Part shown: positions 35,777 through 47,751 of the stretch, one piece after another | Numbering within the stretch: the stretch's first letter is position 1 | How the letters are laid out: every line of letters starts with the position of its first letter | Source of the DNA: Gemmatimonadaceae bacterium | Lineage (GTDB): Bacteria; Gemmatimonadota; Gemmatimonadetes; Gemmatimonadales; Gemmatimonadaceae | DNA: 47,751 nt | Reading direction: 5' to 3' | Assembly: GCA_033763905.1 (NCBI GenBank) | Contig: JANRJP010000099.1 | Location: 1 to 47,751 of the forward strand | The notes under the pieces: generated by a model | The model's database searches: none | Told to the model about the DNA's origin: nothing | The model's input: the letters and a program-made list of their open reading frames with translations, nothing else | Program-made: the position numbers and the translations under genes

Positions 35777-37135
35777 AGCTGAACTCGCGTGCCCGCACCG
35801 GGGGCATCACGATCGACGGCCCGGCGTTGCCCGATTCGCTCGACGACACGCGCTCCGGACGTCCGAGTGCCTCGAGGTTGTTGAGCAGGAAGATCGGAGA
35901 CTCGTTGAAGCGCAGGTTTTTGACCGGCCGGGTGACCCTGCCGTTTTCGATCAGGAAGGTGCCGTCACGGGTGAGGCCAGTGTAGAGAATCGTGCGCTGG
36001 TCTACCGGTCGGATGTACCAGAAGCGCGTGACCAGCAGTCCGCGCTGCACGCCGGCCACGAGTTCATCCATCGACGACGTACCGCCGGCCATCCGGAGGG
36101 ATCCGCCACCGAAGCCGACCGCGGCCCCCGTGGGGGCGACCCCCTGCTTCTTGGCCCAGTACCGATCGTAGTTCAGGTTCTTCACGACGCCGTTCTCGAT
36201 CCACGTGACCGGCGCGGTCGGCAGGCCATCGCCGGTGAACGTGGGCCCCGGCGTCTCCGGGCTGAAGGGATCGCTGACCAGCGTCACCCGCTCATCGACG
36301 ATCTTCATCCCGAGCTTGGTCCCGCCACCCGGCTTGGTGAAGAAGCTCCGGCCTTCATCGGCGCTGCGGGCGCCAATGGCACCGCTGATCAACTGCACGA
36401 GGTTGCCGACGGCGGTCGGTTCGAGCACGACGGTGTACCGACCGGGCTCGATCGCCACCGCGTTCACGGAGCGGCGCGCCTTCTCGATTGCCCGCGCGGC
36501 CAGCGCCGCCGCGTCGATGCTCGTGGCGTCGGCTGCCGCTGCGCCCGCCCAGCCGGACCCCATCCCATCGGGCGTGCGCACGGTCGTGGTGAGTGCAGAA
36601 CTCGTGTAGCGCTCGTACGCGAAGAGCCCCTTGGAGTTCGCGATCGCCTGCGCGGTCACGCGCGTCTCCAGGTAGCCGGTCGACACGAGCCCCGCGGCGC
36701 GCGCCGGCTCCGTGATGCGGTTGACCATCGCCGCACGGATCCCCGGATCCATCGACGCCGTGCCGTCACTCCAGCCGATGCCGGGGCGGTACTGCTGCGG
36801 CTCGAGTTCCGGGAGATACTCGGGATCCTCGGGCGAAAGCCGCGCCAAGCGTTCCGCCGAATCCACGACCTGCCGGAGCCCGGCATCGTCCAGCCGGTTC
36901 GTGCTGGCGCTGCCGACTCGCGTCCCGAAGGCGGCGCGCACCACCACCGACACATCGGTGTTATCGCCGGCCGTCGACACCTGGTTGACGGCGAATCGCG
37001 TGTTCCCGCGGACCGACGAGGTGATGATCACCCGCGTCTCGTCCGCCTTGGCGAGCGCGAGCACCCGCTTCGCCAGCGACTCCGCCTCATCACGCGACAG
37101 CACGCTCGCCTCGGCGAGCAGGGAATGCGGGCGCA

Positions 37136-37136
<1 letters not shown>
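35751..37136 (-). CDS. tldE: TldE/PmbA-like non-catalytic subunit
   Basis: NTRFAVNQ, IEPGRYTVVLEP, GLLVTRFWYIR, TGLTRDG and NLRFNES motifs; no HExxxH. ATG overlaps the tldD stop (TGATG). Confidence 0.82.
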
Positions 37137-38767
<1,631 letters not shown>

Positions 38768-38915
38768 GCTAGGCTCCACAGAGTAGGATTCGGCGCAGCG
38801 CGCGGCGGTCCGCGGCCGACCAGTGCAGCAATCGCTGCGTGCTCGGCAACGTACTGCACGCCCCGGCCGTTGAGACAGTCGCGGTTTTCCTTCTCGTCCC
38901 TCCCCCGCTCCGCCT

Positions 38916-39920
<1,005 letters not shown>

Positions 39921-39947
39921 GTGGCGGACTGAGCGCGCGAAGCTGAC

Positions 39948-40805
39948 GTGCGATACGGAGCGTTGCTCGAAGCGTTGCGTGGCATCTCGTGGCCGGCTCG
40001 GGTGCCGGCCCGCGGGATGTCGTCGGGCACGCACGTCTCGCGCCTGCGTGGCGCGACCGCCGAGTTCACCGAGTATCGCGCCTACCGACAAGGTGACGAC
40101 CCCCGCCGCCTCGACTGGAAACTGCTCGCCCGGGCCGATCGAGCCTTCGTCCGCATCACGCACGAGCGCGCGACGCACCCGACACTACTCGTGCTCGACA
40201 GCTCGGCCTCGATGCGCGGCCCCGACGGCGCCACCAAGTGGGAGCGCGCGCGCGAGATCGTCGTGGGCCTCGCGGCGTTGGCGCTGTCCGCGAGTGACCC
40301 CGCCGGCGTGCTGGTCGCCGGCGCACCGCGCGCCGCACGGCCGCTGCGTGCACGCGCTGGGACCGTCACCGACATCGCGCGCGCGATCGACGACGTGACG
40401 CCTGCCGGCGCCGCGCCCCTCACGCCGCTGCTCAAGGGAGTCCGCAGCGTGTCGCGCGTGGTGCTGGTGACGGACCTGCTGGGCGATGAAGCGGCGCTGC
40501 GCCGCGTCGCCGGCGAACTGATCGTCCGCGGCGCGGACGTCACGGTGGCGCACGTGATCTCGCGCGGCGAACTGGAGCCACCGACCGGCGCGGTACTCGC
40601 CGTAGACCCGGAACAGCCGACGCAGCGCGGGACGCTCTCGCGCGATACTCGGCTCCAGTACCTGCAGGCATTCGAGACCTGGCGCCGCGACACGGCCCGC
40701 GGCTGGCAGGCGATTGGCGCGCGCCACGTCGAGGTCCTCGATGACGAGCCGATCGAGCGCGCGATCCGTCGACTCGTCGCCCTGTCGCCCGGAGGCGCCG
40801 CGTGA
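39948..40805 (+). CDS. DUF58 VWA-like protein
   Basis: EFTEYRAYRQGDDPRRLDWK, LDSSASM and VTDL motifs; sits immediately after moxR. Confidence 0.9.
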   Translation: MRYGALLEALRGISWPARVPARGMSSGTHVSRLRGATAEFTEYRAYRQGDDPRRLDWKLLARADRAFVRITHERATHPTLLVLDSSASMRGPDGATKWERAREIVVGLAALALSASDPAGVLVAGAPRAARPLRARAGTVTDIARAIDDVTPAGAAPLTPLLKGVRSVSRVVLVTDLLGDEAALRRVAGELIVRGADVTVAHVISRGELEPPTGAVLAVDPEQPTQRGTLSRDTRLQYLQAFETWRRDTARGWQAIGARHVEVLDDEPIERAIRRLVALSPGGAA

Positions 40806-42088
40806 CGCTCTTGGCCGCGTGGCTGCTGGACGTCGGCGCCCTAGCGATAGCGGGCACCGTCGTGCTCCACCTGCTGGCGCGCAACCTGCCGCCTGCGTGG
40901 TCACTCCCCACGGCGCGGTTTGTTCCGCAAGCCGCCGTCTCGGCGCTGACCCGCTCGCGCACACCGCGAGATCTGGCGGTGCTGATCGCCCGCGTCGTGG
41001 CGCTGGCCGCGATTGCTTTCGCGGCGGCGGGTCCGTTGCTGCGCGGCGCACGCCCATCGGTGGAACGGATCTTCGTCGCCGATCTCTCGCGCAGCGTCGC
41101 GGCACGACAGGCCATCATCGACACCATAGTGTCGCAGGCCACCGCGCGGGATCGGGTGATTGCGCTGAGCGACCGCGCGGTGACGGTCTCGCTCGACTCC
41201 CTGCGATCGCTGGCCGTGAGTCGCGCACCACTCGCGCGCGCACGGTTGTCGTCGGCGCTGCTGCGCGCCGCTGCGGTCCCGGATCGCGTCCCGAACGCTA
41301 CGCTGATCGTCGTGTCGCCACTCGCGCGCGACGTGGTCGACGCCGGCTGGCCGGCGGTGCGGCGCGCCTGGGGTGGACCGATCCGCGTCGTCCGGGCCGG
41401 TCGAATCGCGACGCCAGATTCGAGTGCGAGCGCTGCGGCGCTCGCGGTCCGTGGGCGCCTCGCCGAGGACGATCCCCTCGCCGCCAGCCTTGAAGCACTC
41501 GGTGTGCGCGCAGAGGCGCGCGGGTCGGTGGCACTCGATCGAACCGCCGAGACCACGACGTCTCGCGATGCATCGGCCGGCACGTCGGTGCACGTCCTGT
41601 GGCCACGTGCGGACGCCGCGAGCGTGCGTGACTCGTCCGCGGCCGCTGCCGGCCTCGTGCTGGGCGACACCGTGCTGATTGCGCCCGTGTTTCCGTTGGT
41701 GATGCGCAACGAAGAACGCCCAGGCGCTGCCACTGACACCATCGTGCGATGGCTGGATGGGACGCCCGCGGCAACCGAAGCCATCTCGGGCGACCGTTGC
41801 GTCCGCAGCGTCGCGATCGGTGTACCTGCGACGGGTGATCTCGTGGTGCGCGACCGATGGCTTGCCCTCGTGCGCGCGCTCCTGGGGCCCTGCGGTGGGG
41901 TGGTCGATACCGTGGCCCTGGCCGATTCGGTCGTGGCGAGGCCTGCGCCCGCTGACGCTGGGCAACGCGCTGGCCTGTGGCAGGACGGGCGATCACCAGA
42001 TCCGTGGGTAGTGCGCGCCCTGCTGATCGTCGCCGCACTCGCGCTGGGCGTCGAATGGGCGCTGCGTCGGCGCGGGAGCCAGTCGTGA
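40802..42088 (+). CDS. BatA-like N-terminal double-TM protein with degenerate VWA domain
   Basis: VVLHLL..LPTARF...LIARVVAL BatA-like N-terminus, ADLSRS, and a C-terminal TM ending EWALRRR. GTGA overlap. Confidence 0.7.
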   Translation: MTLLAAWLLDVGALAIAGTVVLHLLARNLPPAWSLPTARFVPQAAVSALTRSRTPRDLAVLIARVVALAAIAFAAAGPLLRGARPSVERIFVADLSRSVAARQAIIDTIVSQATARDRVIALSDRAVTVSLDSLRSLAVSRAPLARARLSSALLRAAAVPDRVPNATLIVVSPLARDVVDAGWPAVRRAWGGPIRVVRAGRIATPDSSASAAALAVRGRLAEDDPLAASLEALGVRAEARGSVALDRTAETTTSRDASAGTSVHVLWPRADAASVRDSSAAAAGLVLGDTVLIAPVFPLVMRNEERPGAATDTIVRWLDGTPAATEAISGDRCVRSVAIGVPATGDLVVRDRWLALVRALLGPCGGVVDTVALADSVVARPAPADAGQRAGLWQDGRSPDPWVVRALLIVAALALGVEWALRRRGSQS

Positions 42089-44142
42089 CCCGGAGCGTGG
42101 CACGAGACGCTGCCCGGACGCGCGTGGCCGCCGCGCGGCGTGAGCTGCGTGCCGCGCGTACGGTTCGGGCGCTCGCTGCGGCGGGCTTGGCCTTTGCCGC
42201 CATCGAGGCCATCGCGTGGGGCCTGGCCGCGCTCCTCGACATCGACGCCCTGCATCGAATGCCGGCGGGATTCGTCGCGGCCGGCCTTGGCGCACTGCTG
42301 GCCGGCTGGACGGTGCAGCGCCGGGCGACGGCCGCGAAAAGCGACACCAGCACCGCGCTCTGGCTGGAGTCACAACTGCCCGAGTTGCGCTTCGCGCTGG
42401 TCACGCGCCTGGAGCTGGAGGACGGCCACGCGGCCGTCCCTGCGCTCGAAGCACGCGTGGCGACTGTGCCGGTTGAATCGCGGATGCGTGCGGTGATCTG
42501 GCCGCCGTTGCTGCGGCTGTCGGCGATGGCCGCTGTCGCGCTGATGGCGGTGCTCGCGATTCCGCGACTGAGCGACGGGAGGTCGTCCGCGACACCGCTC
42601 CCCGCGCGGCGCGTCGCGAATGCGCTCGCCGACTGGCAAGTGTCGATCACACCGCCCGCCTACACGCGGCGGGCCGCCGAGCGCTACGACAATCCGGTAC
42701 GGGTCGTTGCCCCGACGGGCGCAGGCGTCCGCGTCAGCGGTGTGCTCGGCGTTGCGCCCGTCGCGATGTCGATCGGTGCCGCTCCCGTGCCCGTCGACAG
42801 CAGTGGCGCGGACAATCGCTGGGCGGTCGAGCTCCCGATGCCGCGCGCCGCCGTGGCGCTCAATGCAACGAGTGGCGCGGCGCAGCGCGTGCTGCTGCTC
42901 GAACCCATTGCCGACTCGCTTCCGACCGCCACCCTGCAGGCTCCCGCGCGCGACTCGGTGTTCCGGATGCCCACGGGCACACTGGCGCTGCGTGCGGTCG
43001 CCCGCGACGACTATGGCGTCCGCGATGCGTGGTTCGAGGTCATCATCAGTTCCGGGGAGGGCGAGTCGTTCCGATTCCGCACGCTGACGCTCGGCCGCCG
43101 CGCGGGCGCGGGCGCCGGACCGACGGAACTCCGCGCCGCCCTCACGCTCGACGGGCTCGGGTTGAGTGCCGGTGACTTGATTCACCTGCGCGCGGTGGCT
43201 CGTGATGGCAACACGGTGACCGGGCCCGGCGTGGGGGGCTCCGACACGCGCACGCTGCGTATCGCGCGACCGGACGAATACGACTCGGTGGCGGTCGAAG
43301 GCGCGCCGCCGCCGGACCCCAAGAAGGGTATCCTGAGTCAGCGGATGCTCATTCAATTGACCGAAGCGCTCGTCGCTAACGCGCGTCGACTGTCGCACGC
43401 GCAGCTCACCGACGAGTCGCGGCGCATCGCGAAGGACCAGGATGCCCTGCGTCGGCAGGTCGGCGATGTGGTGTTCTCGCGTCTCGACGACAATGGTCAG
43501 GGCGCCGAGCACGCGCACGATCACTCCGCGATGACGCCGGAGCAGCTGATGGCCGAGGCGCAGGCCGAGATGCGCAATGCCGGTGCGGCCGTCGACTTCG
43601 CCGAAGGCGAGTCGCCGGTGATCGCGATCAACCGGCCGCTCCTCGAGGCGTACAACGCGATGTGGGACGCCAGCCGCGCACTGTCGGTCGGCGAGCCGAA
43701 AGCCGCGCTCCCGCCGATGTACGTCGCCCTCGCGGCCATCCAGCGTGCGCGCGCCGCGGAGCGCATCTACCTGCGTGGTCGTCCGAAGGACATCGTCGTC
43801 GATCTGGCCAAGGTGCGCCTCGCGGGCAAGACGGATGGGATCGGGCCTGGTCCGCGCCGCCCGCGCCCGAGCGAATCCGACGCTACGCGACGGCTCCTCG
43901 GCCGATTCAACGACGCGCTGGCGCTGTTGCCGCGCGATGCGGCGGGCGCGGTGAATCAGCTGCTGCTGTTGCGCGCCGAGCTGCTGGGCAGCGCACCGAC
44001 ACTCGCCGCACCGCTCGCCGACGCGATCGATGCGCTCCAGCGTGGGGGCGACGTCACGGGTCCGCTCGCGGCGGCGTATCGGCGGCTGGCGGGTGAGCCG
44101 GCACAGATTCGCCCCGCATCGGGCTGGAGCGTCGATCCGTGA
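42085..44142 (+). CDS. DUF4175-like membrane protein
   Basis: N-terminal TM helices; ITPPAYT and ARDDYGV motifs; helical C-terminus containing EHAHDH. GTG 42085 overlaps the upstream stop. Confidence 0.65.
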   Translation: MTRSVARDAARTRVAAARRELRAARTVRALAAAGLAFAAIEAIAWGLAALLDIDALHRMPAGFVAAGLGALLAGWTVQRRATAAKSDTSTALWLESQLPELRFALVTRLELEDGHAAVPALEARVATVPVESRMRAVIWPPLLRLSAMAAVALMAVLAIPRLSDGRSSATPLPARRVANALADWQVSITPPAYTRRAAERYDNPVRVVAPTGAGVRVSGVLGVAPVAMSIGAAPVPVDSSGADNRWAVELPMPRAAVALNATSGAAQRVLLLEPIADSLPTATLQAPARDSVFRMPTGTLALRAVARDDYGVRDAWFEVIISSGEGESFRFRTLTLGRRAGAGAGPTELRAALTLDGLGLSAGDLIHLRAVARDGNTVTGPGVGGSDTRTLRIARPDEYDSVAVEGAPPPDPKKGILSQRMLIQLTEALVANARRLSHAQLTDESRRIAKDQDALRRQVGDVVFSRLDDNGQGAEHAHDHSAMTPEQLMAEAQAEMRNAGAAVDFAEGESPVIAINRPLLEAYNAMWDASRALSVGEPKAALPPMYVALAAIQRARAAERIYLRGRPKDIVVDLAKVRLAGKTDGIGPGPRRPRPSESDATRRLLGRFNDALALLPRDAAGAVNQLLLLRAELLGSAPTLAAPLADAIDALQRGGDVTGPLAAAYRRLAGEPAQIRPASGWSVDP

Positions 44143-44753
44143 GCGCGTTCACGTTCGCGACGGCGCAGTACGACTCCGGTGACTGGGACAGCGCGCCTTC
44201 GGTGCCCGCCAACGTGATCGACAGTGTGGCGCGCTACACCAGCATTGCCGTGAATCCGACCGGCGTGATCGTCGCGCTGTCGAGTGCCGACGTTCTGCGA
44301 TATCCGCTGCTGTATCTCACCGGCCACCTCCCGGTGCGCTTCAGTGGCGCCGAACGGGAGATGCTGCGCACGTATCTCCGTCGCGGGGGATTGCTGTTCG
44401 TCGACGATCACAACCACGATATCGACGGGCAGTTTCACAAGACCGCGACCCAGGAGCTCGCGCTGGTCACGGGCAAACCGCTCGCGCCGCTGCGCAACGA
44501 CCACGCGCTCTACCGGTCGTTCTTCACGTTTCCCGACGGGCCGCCGACCACCAGCCACGAACTCAACGGCTGGGGCGACAACCTCGTGCACAAGCAGCTG
44601 CTCGCCCATCTCGATGGGGACCGCATCCGCGTGCTGTACAGCAACAAGGATTACAGCTCGGAGTGGAATTTCCATCCGGACAACAAGCGTTTCCTGTCGG
44701 TCGATCCCACACGCTTCGGCGTGAACCTCGTGGTGTACGCCCTTGCCGGCTGA
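44139..44753 (+). CDS. DUF4159 protein
   Basis: YDSGDWD, YPLLYLTGH, GGLLFVDD, HELNGWGD, SNKDYSSEW and FGVNLVVYA motifs. Confidence 0.85.
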   Translation: MSAFTFATAQYDSGDWDSAPSVPANVIDSVARYTSIAVNPTGVIVALSSADVLRYPLLYLTGHLPVRFSGAEREMLRTYLRRGGLLFVDDHNHDIDGQFHKTATQELALVTGKPLAPLRNDHALYRSFFTFPDGPPTTSHELNGWGDNLVHKQLLAHLDGDRIRVLYSNKDYSSEWNFHPDNKRFLSVDPTRFGVNLVVYALAG

Positions 44754-46023
44754 GCGGCGCTGGTTTGAGCGGCTGTGCCGCTTGCTGGCCGTGGGTGCGT
44801 TGCTGTTCGGCGCGTGGCAGACGCGTGGGGACGCACCGCCGCGCGCGCGGGTCGTTCGCGAATCCGTCCCGGCAGCCCTGGCGGCGGACGCGCAGCGTCC
44901 CGATGCCCTCGGCGACACGCTGCTGCTGGCGCTTGCGTCCGTGCCCGATGCCGGGACGCGCGCTTGGCTGAGCGCGCGGCAGCAAGCCGGTGGCCCCGTC
45001 CGCTGGTTTGGCGACGTGCCCACCGCGGCGCTCACCGTGGACGCACTCGCCGACCCGGCCGGTGGCGTGCAGGTCACCGTGGCGGCCGCAGGCGGAACGG
45101 AATTCGAGCTGCGCGATTCGCTCGGCACGCTGGGTCGCGTCGCCAGCGGCGAGCGCTGGCGCGGTCCGCCGGTGGTCGGCGCGATTCGTGCCGAGTCTCG
45201 GACGCCGGCGGCTGGCGCGTCACTCCGCGCCGAGGTCCCGACCGCCGCGGCGATCCGGCGGGTCACCGTGCTCGCGCGCGCCGGCTGGGAAGGCCAGTTC
45301 GTGGCCAGCGCGCTGGAATCACGCGGCTGGCTGCTGGATGCGCGATTCGATGTGCGCCCGGATACGGCGGTGCGGCAGGGCAGCCCACGCGGTATTGATC
45401 CGCGCGAGACGGCGGTCGTAGTGGCCCTCGACTCGTCAGCGGTTCGCGAGGCATCGGCGCTGGCAGCCTTCGTCCGTCGCGGTGGTGGCGTGATCCTCGG
45501 CCCGGAAGCGTGGTCACATCCCGCACTCGCGAGCCTGCGCGCCGGTGTGCCTGGCCCGCTGCAAGCCGAGCGGATGATCGCCGTGTCGGCCGAAGCGCCG
45601 CGCGAGGGACTGCCGCTGCTGCCGATGCGGGCGCTTCGAGCCGATGCCGTGGCCCTGGAGCGGCGCGATGGCGAGGTGGCGGTGGCGGCGCGACGCATCG
45701 GGGCGGGTCGCGCGATCAGCGTGGGCTACGCCGACACCTGGCGTTGGCGAATGACCGGCCCGGACGGCGCGGTGGAACAGCACCGACGCTGGTGGAGCCA
45801 ATTGGTCGTCGCGGCCAACCCGTCGAGTGGATCCACTGTCCTATCGGGTGACGCACCGCTCGCGCAGTTGGTGGACGCGGTCGGCCCCCGGGCCGGACCG
45901 CTCGCCGACCTGCGGGGGTCCGACGACGACCGCTCCCGAGGGCATTCGCCCTGGTGGGGGCTCGTGGCGTTGGCGTTGCTGGTCGCCGAGTGGGCATCGC
46001 GGCGATTGCGCGGCGCGGTGTAG
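44743..46023 (+). CDS. Membrane protein with class-I GAT-like domain
   Basis: N-terminal TM; LAAFVRRGGGVIL and GAGR..DTWRW motifs; C-terminal TM ending EWASRR. Overlaps the DUF4159 stop. Confidence 0.65.
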   Translation: MPAERRWFERLCRLLAVGALLFGAWQTRGDAPPRARVVRESVPAALAADAQRPDALGDTLLLALASVPDAGTRAWLSARQQAGGPVRWFGDVPTAALTVDALADPAGGVQVTVAAAGGTEFELRDSLGTLGRVASGERWRGPPVVGAIRAESRTPAAGASLRAEVPTAAAIRRVTVLARAGWEGQFVASALESRGWLLDARFDVRPDTAVRQGSPRGIDPRETAVVVALDSSAVREASALAAFVRRGGGVILGPEAWSHPALASLRAGVPGPLQAERMIAVSAEAPREGLPLLPMRALRADAVALERRDGEVAVAARRIGAGRAISVGYADTWRWRMTGPDGAVEQHRRWWSQLVVAANPSSGSTVLSGDAPLAQLVDAVGPRAGPLADLRGSDDDRSRGHSPWWGLVALALLVAEWASRRLRGAV

Positions 46024-46119
46024 TGCGGCAACGGTTCGCCCCACGGGTCTGGTGAATCCTGGGTCCGGGGGCGAGCGTACGGGCTCGAAACCCTTACCAC
46101 CTGCGGTGGAGGATGGGCA

Positions 46120-47751
46120 GTGACCGATCGTCGTGATTTCCTGAAGCACGGCGCCGCGCTGGCGGCGCTGATGAGCGTGGCTCCACGCGATGCGCAGGGC
46201 CTGGCGGCCACGCTCGCCAATGGCGGCCCGCCATTGCCCGAGCATCTGGTGCCGGAGCCGGCGCGCATCAAGGCGCTGATGGCCGATGCGCTCAACGCCG
46301 CGAAGATGGCGGGCGCCACCTACGCCGACGTGCGCATCGCGCGGCAGCGGCAGAACTTCGTCTTCACCCGCGAGCAGCAGATCCAGAACGTCGTCGACAC
46401 CGATTCGATCGGCTGCGGCGTGCGGGCGCTCGTCGATGGCACCTGGGGCTTCGCAGCGACGCGCACCCTCACCACCGAGGGCGTCGCCGCGGCGGCGCGT
46501 GAGGCCGTCGCGATCGCCAGGGCGAACAAGCCGGCGCAGGGCAAGCCGGTCACGTGGTTGCCAAGCCCCTCGGTCGGCGAAAAGACCTGGCGTGGGGCCT
46601 ACACGATCGACCCGTGGTCGATCTCCGTGGAGGAGAAGGCCAACCTGCTGCTCAAGGCCAACGCCGAAGCGCTCAAGGTCGACGGCGTGAAGTACATCTT
46701 CAGCGGTCTCTTCTTCGTGAAGGAGGACCGCAACTACGCGAACACCGACGGTTCGGTCATCTCGCAGGATGTCGTCAAGACCTGGCCGCTGATGCAGATC
46801 ACCGCCATCAGCAAGGACTTCAGCGACTTCCAGAATCGCGGCGCGGTCGTGCAACCGATGCAACGCGGATGGGAGTACGTCCTCAAGTCCGACTTGGTCG
46901 GCAACGCCCGCAAGTGGGGTGAGGAAGCGGCGCAGAAGCTCAGCGCCAAGCCGGTCGAGGTCGGTCGCTACGACTTGGTCCTCGACCCCGCCAATCTCTG
47001 GCTCACGATTCACGAGAGCATCGGGCATCCGACGGAACTCGACCGCGCGCTCGGCTTCGAAGCCAACTACGCCGGCACCAGCTTCGTCGCGCCGCCCGAG
47101 AAGATGCTCGGCCAGCTCAAGTACGGCCCCGAGTTCATGAACATCCAGGGCGACCGTTCGCAGGAAGGGGGCTTGAGCTCGATCGGCTACGACGACGATG
47201 GCGTCGCCCCCGAGAACTTCCTCATCATCAAGAACGGCGTCTTCAACGACTATCAGACCACGCGCGAACAGGCTGGGTGGCTCGATTGGTGGTACAAGAA
47301 GAACAATCGTCCGGTGCGCTCGCACGGTTGCTCGTACGCGCAGAGCTGGGCCGACGTGCAGTTCCAGCGGATGCCGAACGTGAGCCTGCTGCCCGGCACC
47401 AAGGACATCGGCTGGAAGGATCTCATTGCCGGCACCGATCGCGGCATCGCCATCGAAGGGGACGGTTCGTTCTCGATCGACCAGCAGCGCTACAACGCCC
47501 AGTTCGGCGGACAGGTCTACTGGGAGATCAAGGGCGGCAAGATCGTCGGAATGCTCAAGGATGTGGCGTATCAGATTCGCACGCCGGACTTCTGGAACTC
47601 GATGGTCGCGATCGGCGGCAAGTCGAGCTACCAGCTCGGCGGATCCTTCTTTGACGGCAAGGGACAACCCGGCCAGTCGAACGCGGTGAGCCACGGGTCG
47701 CCGCCGGCCAAGTTCAAGCAGGTCAACATCATCAACACCGGGAGGAAGTCG
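46120..47751 (+). CDS. tldD: Second TldD-like metalloprotease with Tat signal (stop codon beyond window edge; absent from the ORF track)
   Basis: GGAGG RBS and GTG 46120 start VTDRRDFLKH; YADVR, GTWGFA, LTIHESIGHPTELDR, QRMPN and DGKGQP motifs. Ends INTGRKS at the last base, matching the paralog's C-terminus INTGRQS. Confidence 0.9.
   Translation, partial: MTDRRDFLKHGAALAALMSVAPRDAQGLAATLANGGPPLPEHLVPEPARIKALMADALNAAKMAGATYADVRIARQRQNFVFTREQQIQNVVDTDSIGCGVRALVDGTWGFAATRTLTTEGVAAAAREAVAIARANKPAQGKPVTWLPSPSVGEKTWRGAYTIDPWSISVEEKANLLLKANAEALKVDGVKYIFSGLFFVKEDRNYANTDGSVISQDVVKTWPLMQITAISKDFSDFQNRGAVVQPMQRGWEYVLKSDLVGNARKWGEEAAQKLSAKPVEVGRYDLVLDPANLWLTIHESIGHPTELDRALGFEANYAGTSFVAPPEKMLGQLKYGPEFMNIQGDRSQEGGLSSIGYDDDGVAPENFLIIKNGVFNDYQTTREQAGWLDWWYKKNNRPVRSHGCSYAQSWADVQFQRMPNVSLLPGTKDIGWKDLIAGTDRGIAIEGDGSFSIDQQRYNAQFGGQVYWEIKGGKIVGMLKDVAYQIRTPDFWNSMVAIGGKSSYQLGGSFFDGKGQPGQSNAVSHGSPPAKFKQVNIINTGRKS

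Noticed and set aside
45841..47694. 617-aa minus-strand ORF
   Set aside because: Shadow of the plus-strand tldD paralog, which has an RBS, a Tat signal and catalytic motifs.

Overview
GC-rich bacterial chromosomal segment. The gene content (many secreted peptidases/hydrolases, a TonB-dependent receptor, Tat-signal TldD proteins) looks Gemmatimonadota-like, but this is inference and not proven. About 35 CDSs were found; no rRNA, tRNA, CRISPR array, integrase or transposase was seen. Left to right: aguB(partial)-aguA agmatine catabolism; a LivJ-like binding protein coupled to an MCP; an M28 peptidase; queC-queE; DUF2461; TonB receptor-GDPD-YdcF; several exported proteins and hydrolases; a VPS10/BNR-repeat protein; a four-gene minus-strand module (DUF2779 nuclease, pafB-like, pafC-like, VWA); an NTF2-like protein; an M14 peptidase; a MEDS histidine kinase; and a tldE-tldD <> moxR-DUF58-batA-like-DUF4175-like-DUF4159-membrane protein-tldD2 cluster. 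The best candidate for an undescribed system is the 25030-30492 module. It encodes a Cas4/RecB-like Fe-S nuclease fused to a DEDD exonuclease, translationally coupled to a PafB/PafC-type WYL pair and followed by a MIDAS VWA protein. An identical 11-bp element (CGCTGTCAGAC) lies upstream of both the nuclease and VWA genes, with its TGTCAG core 10 bp from a -10-like hexamer, matching the geometry of the mycobacterial PafBC promoter (TGTCGG-N10-TAnnnT). The second candidate is the Tat-exported TldD/TldE plus MoxR-VWA cluster.
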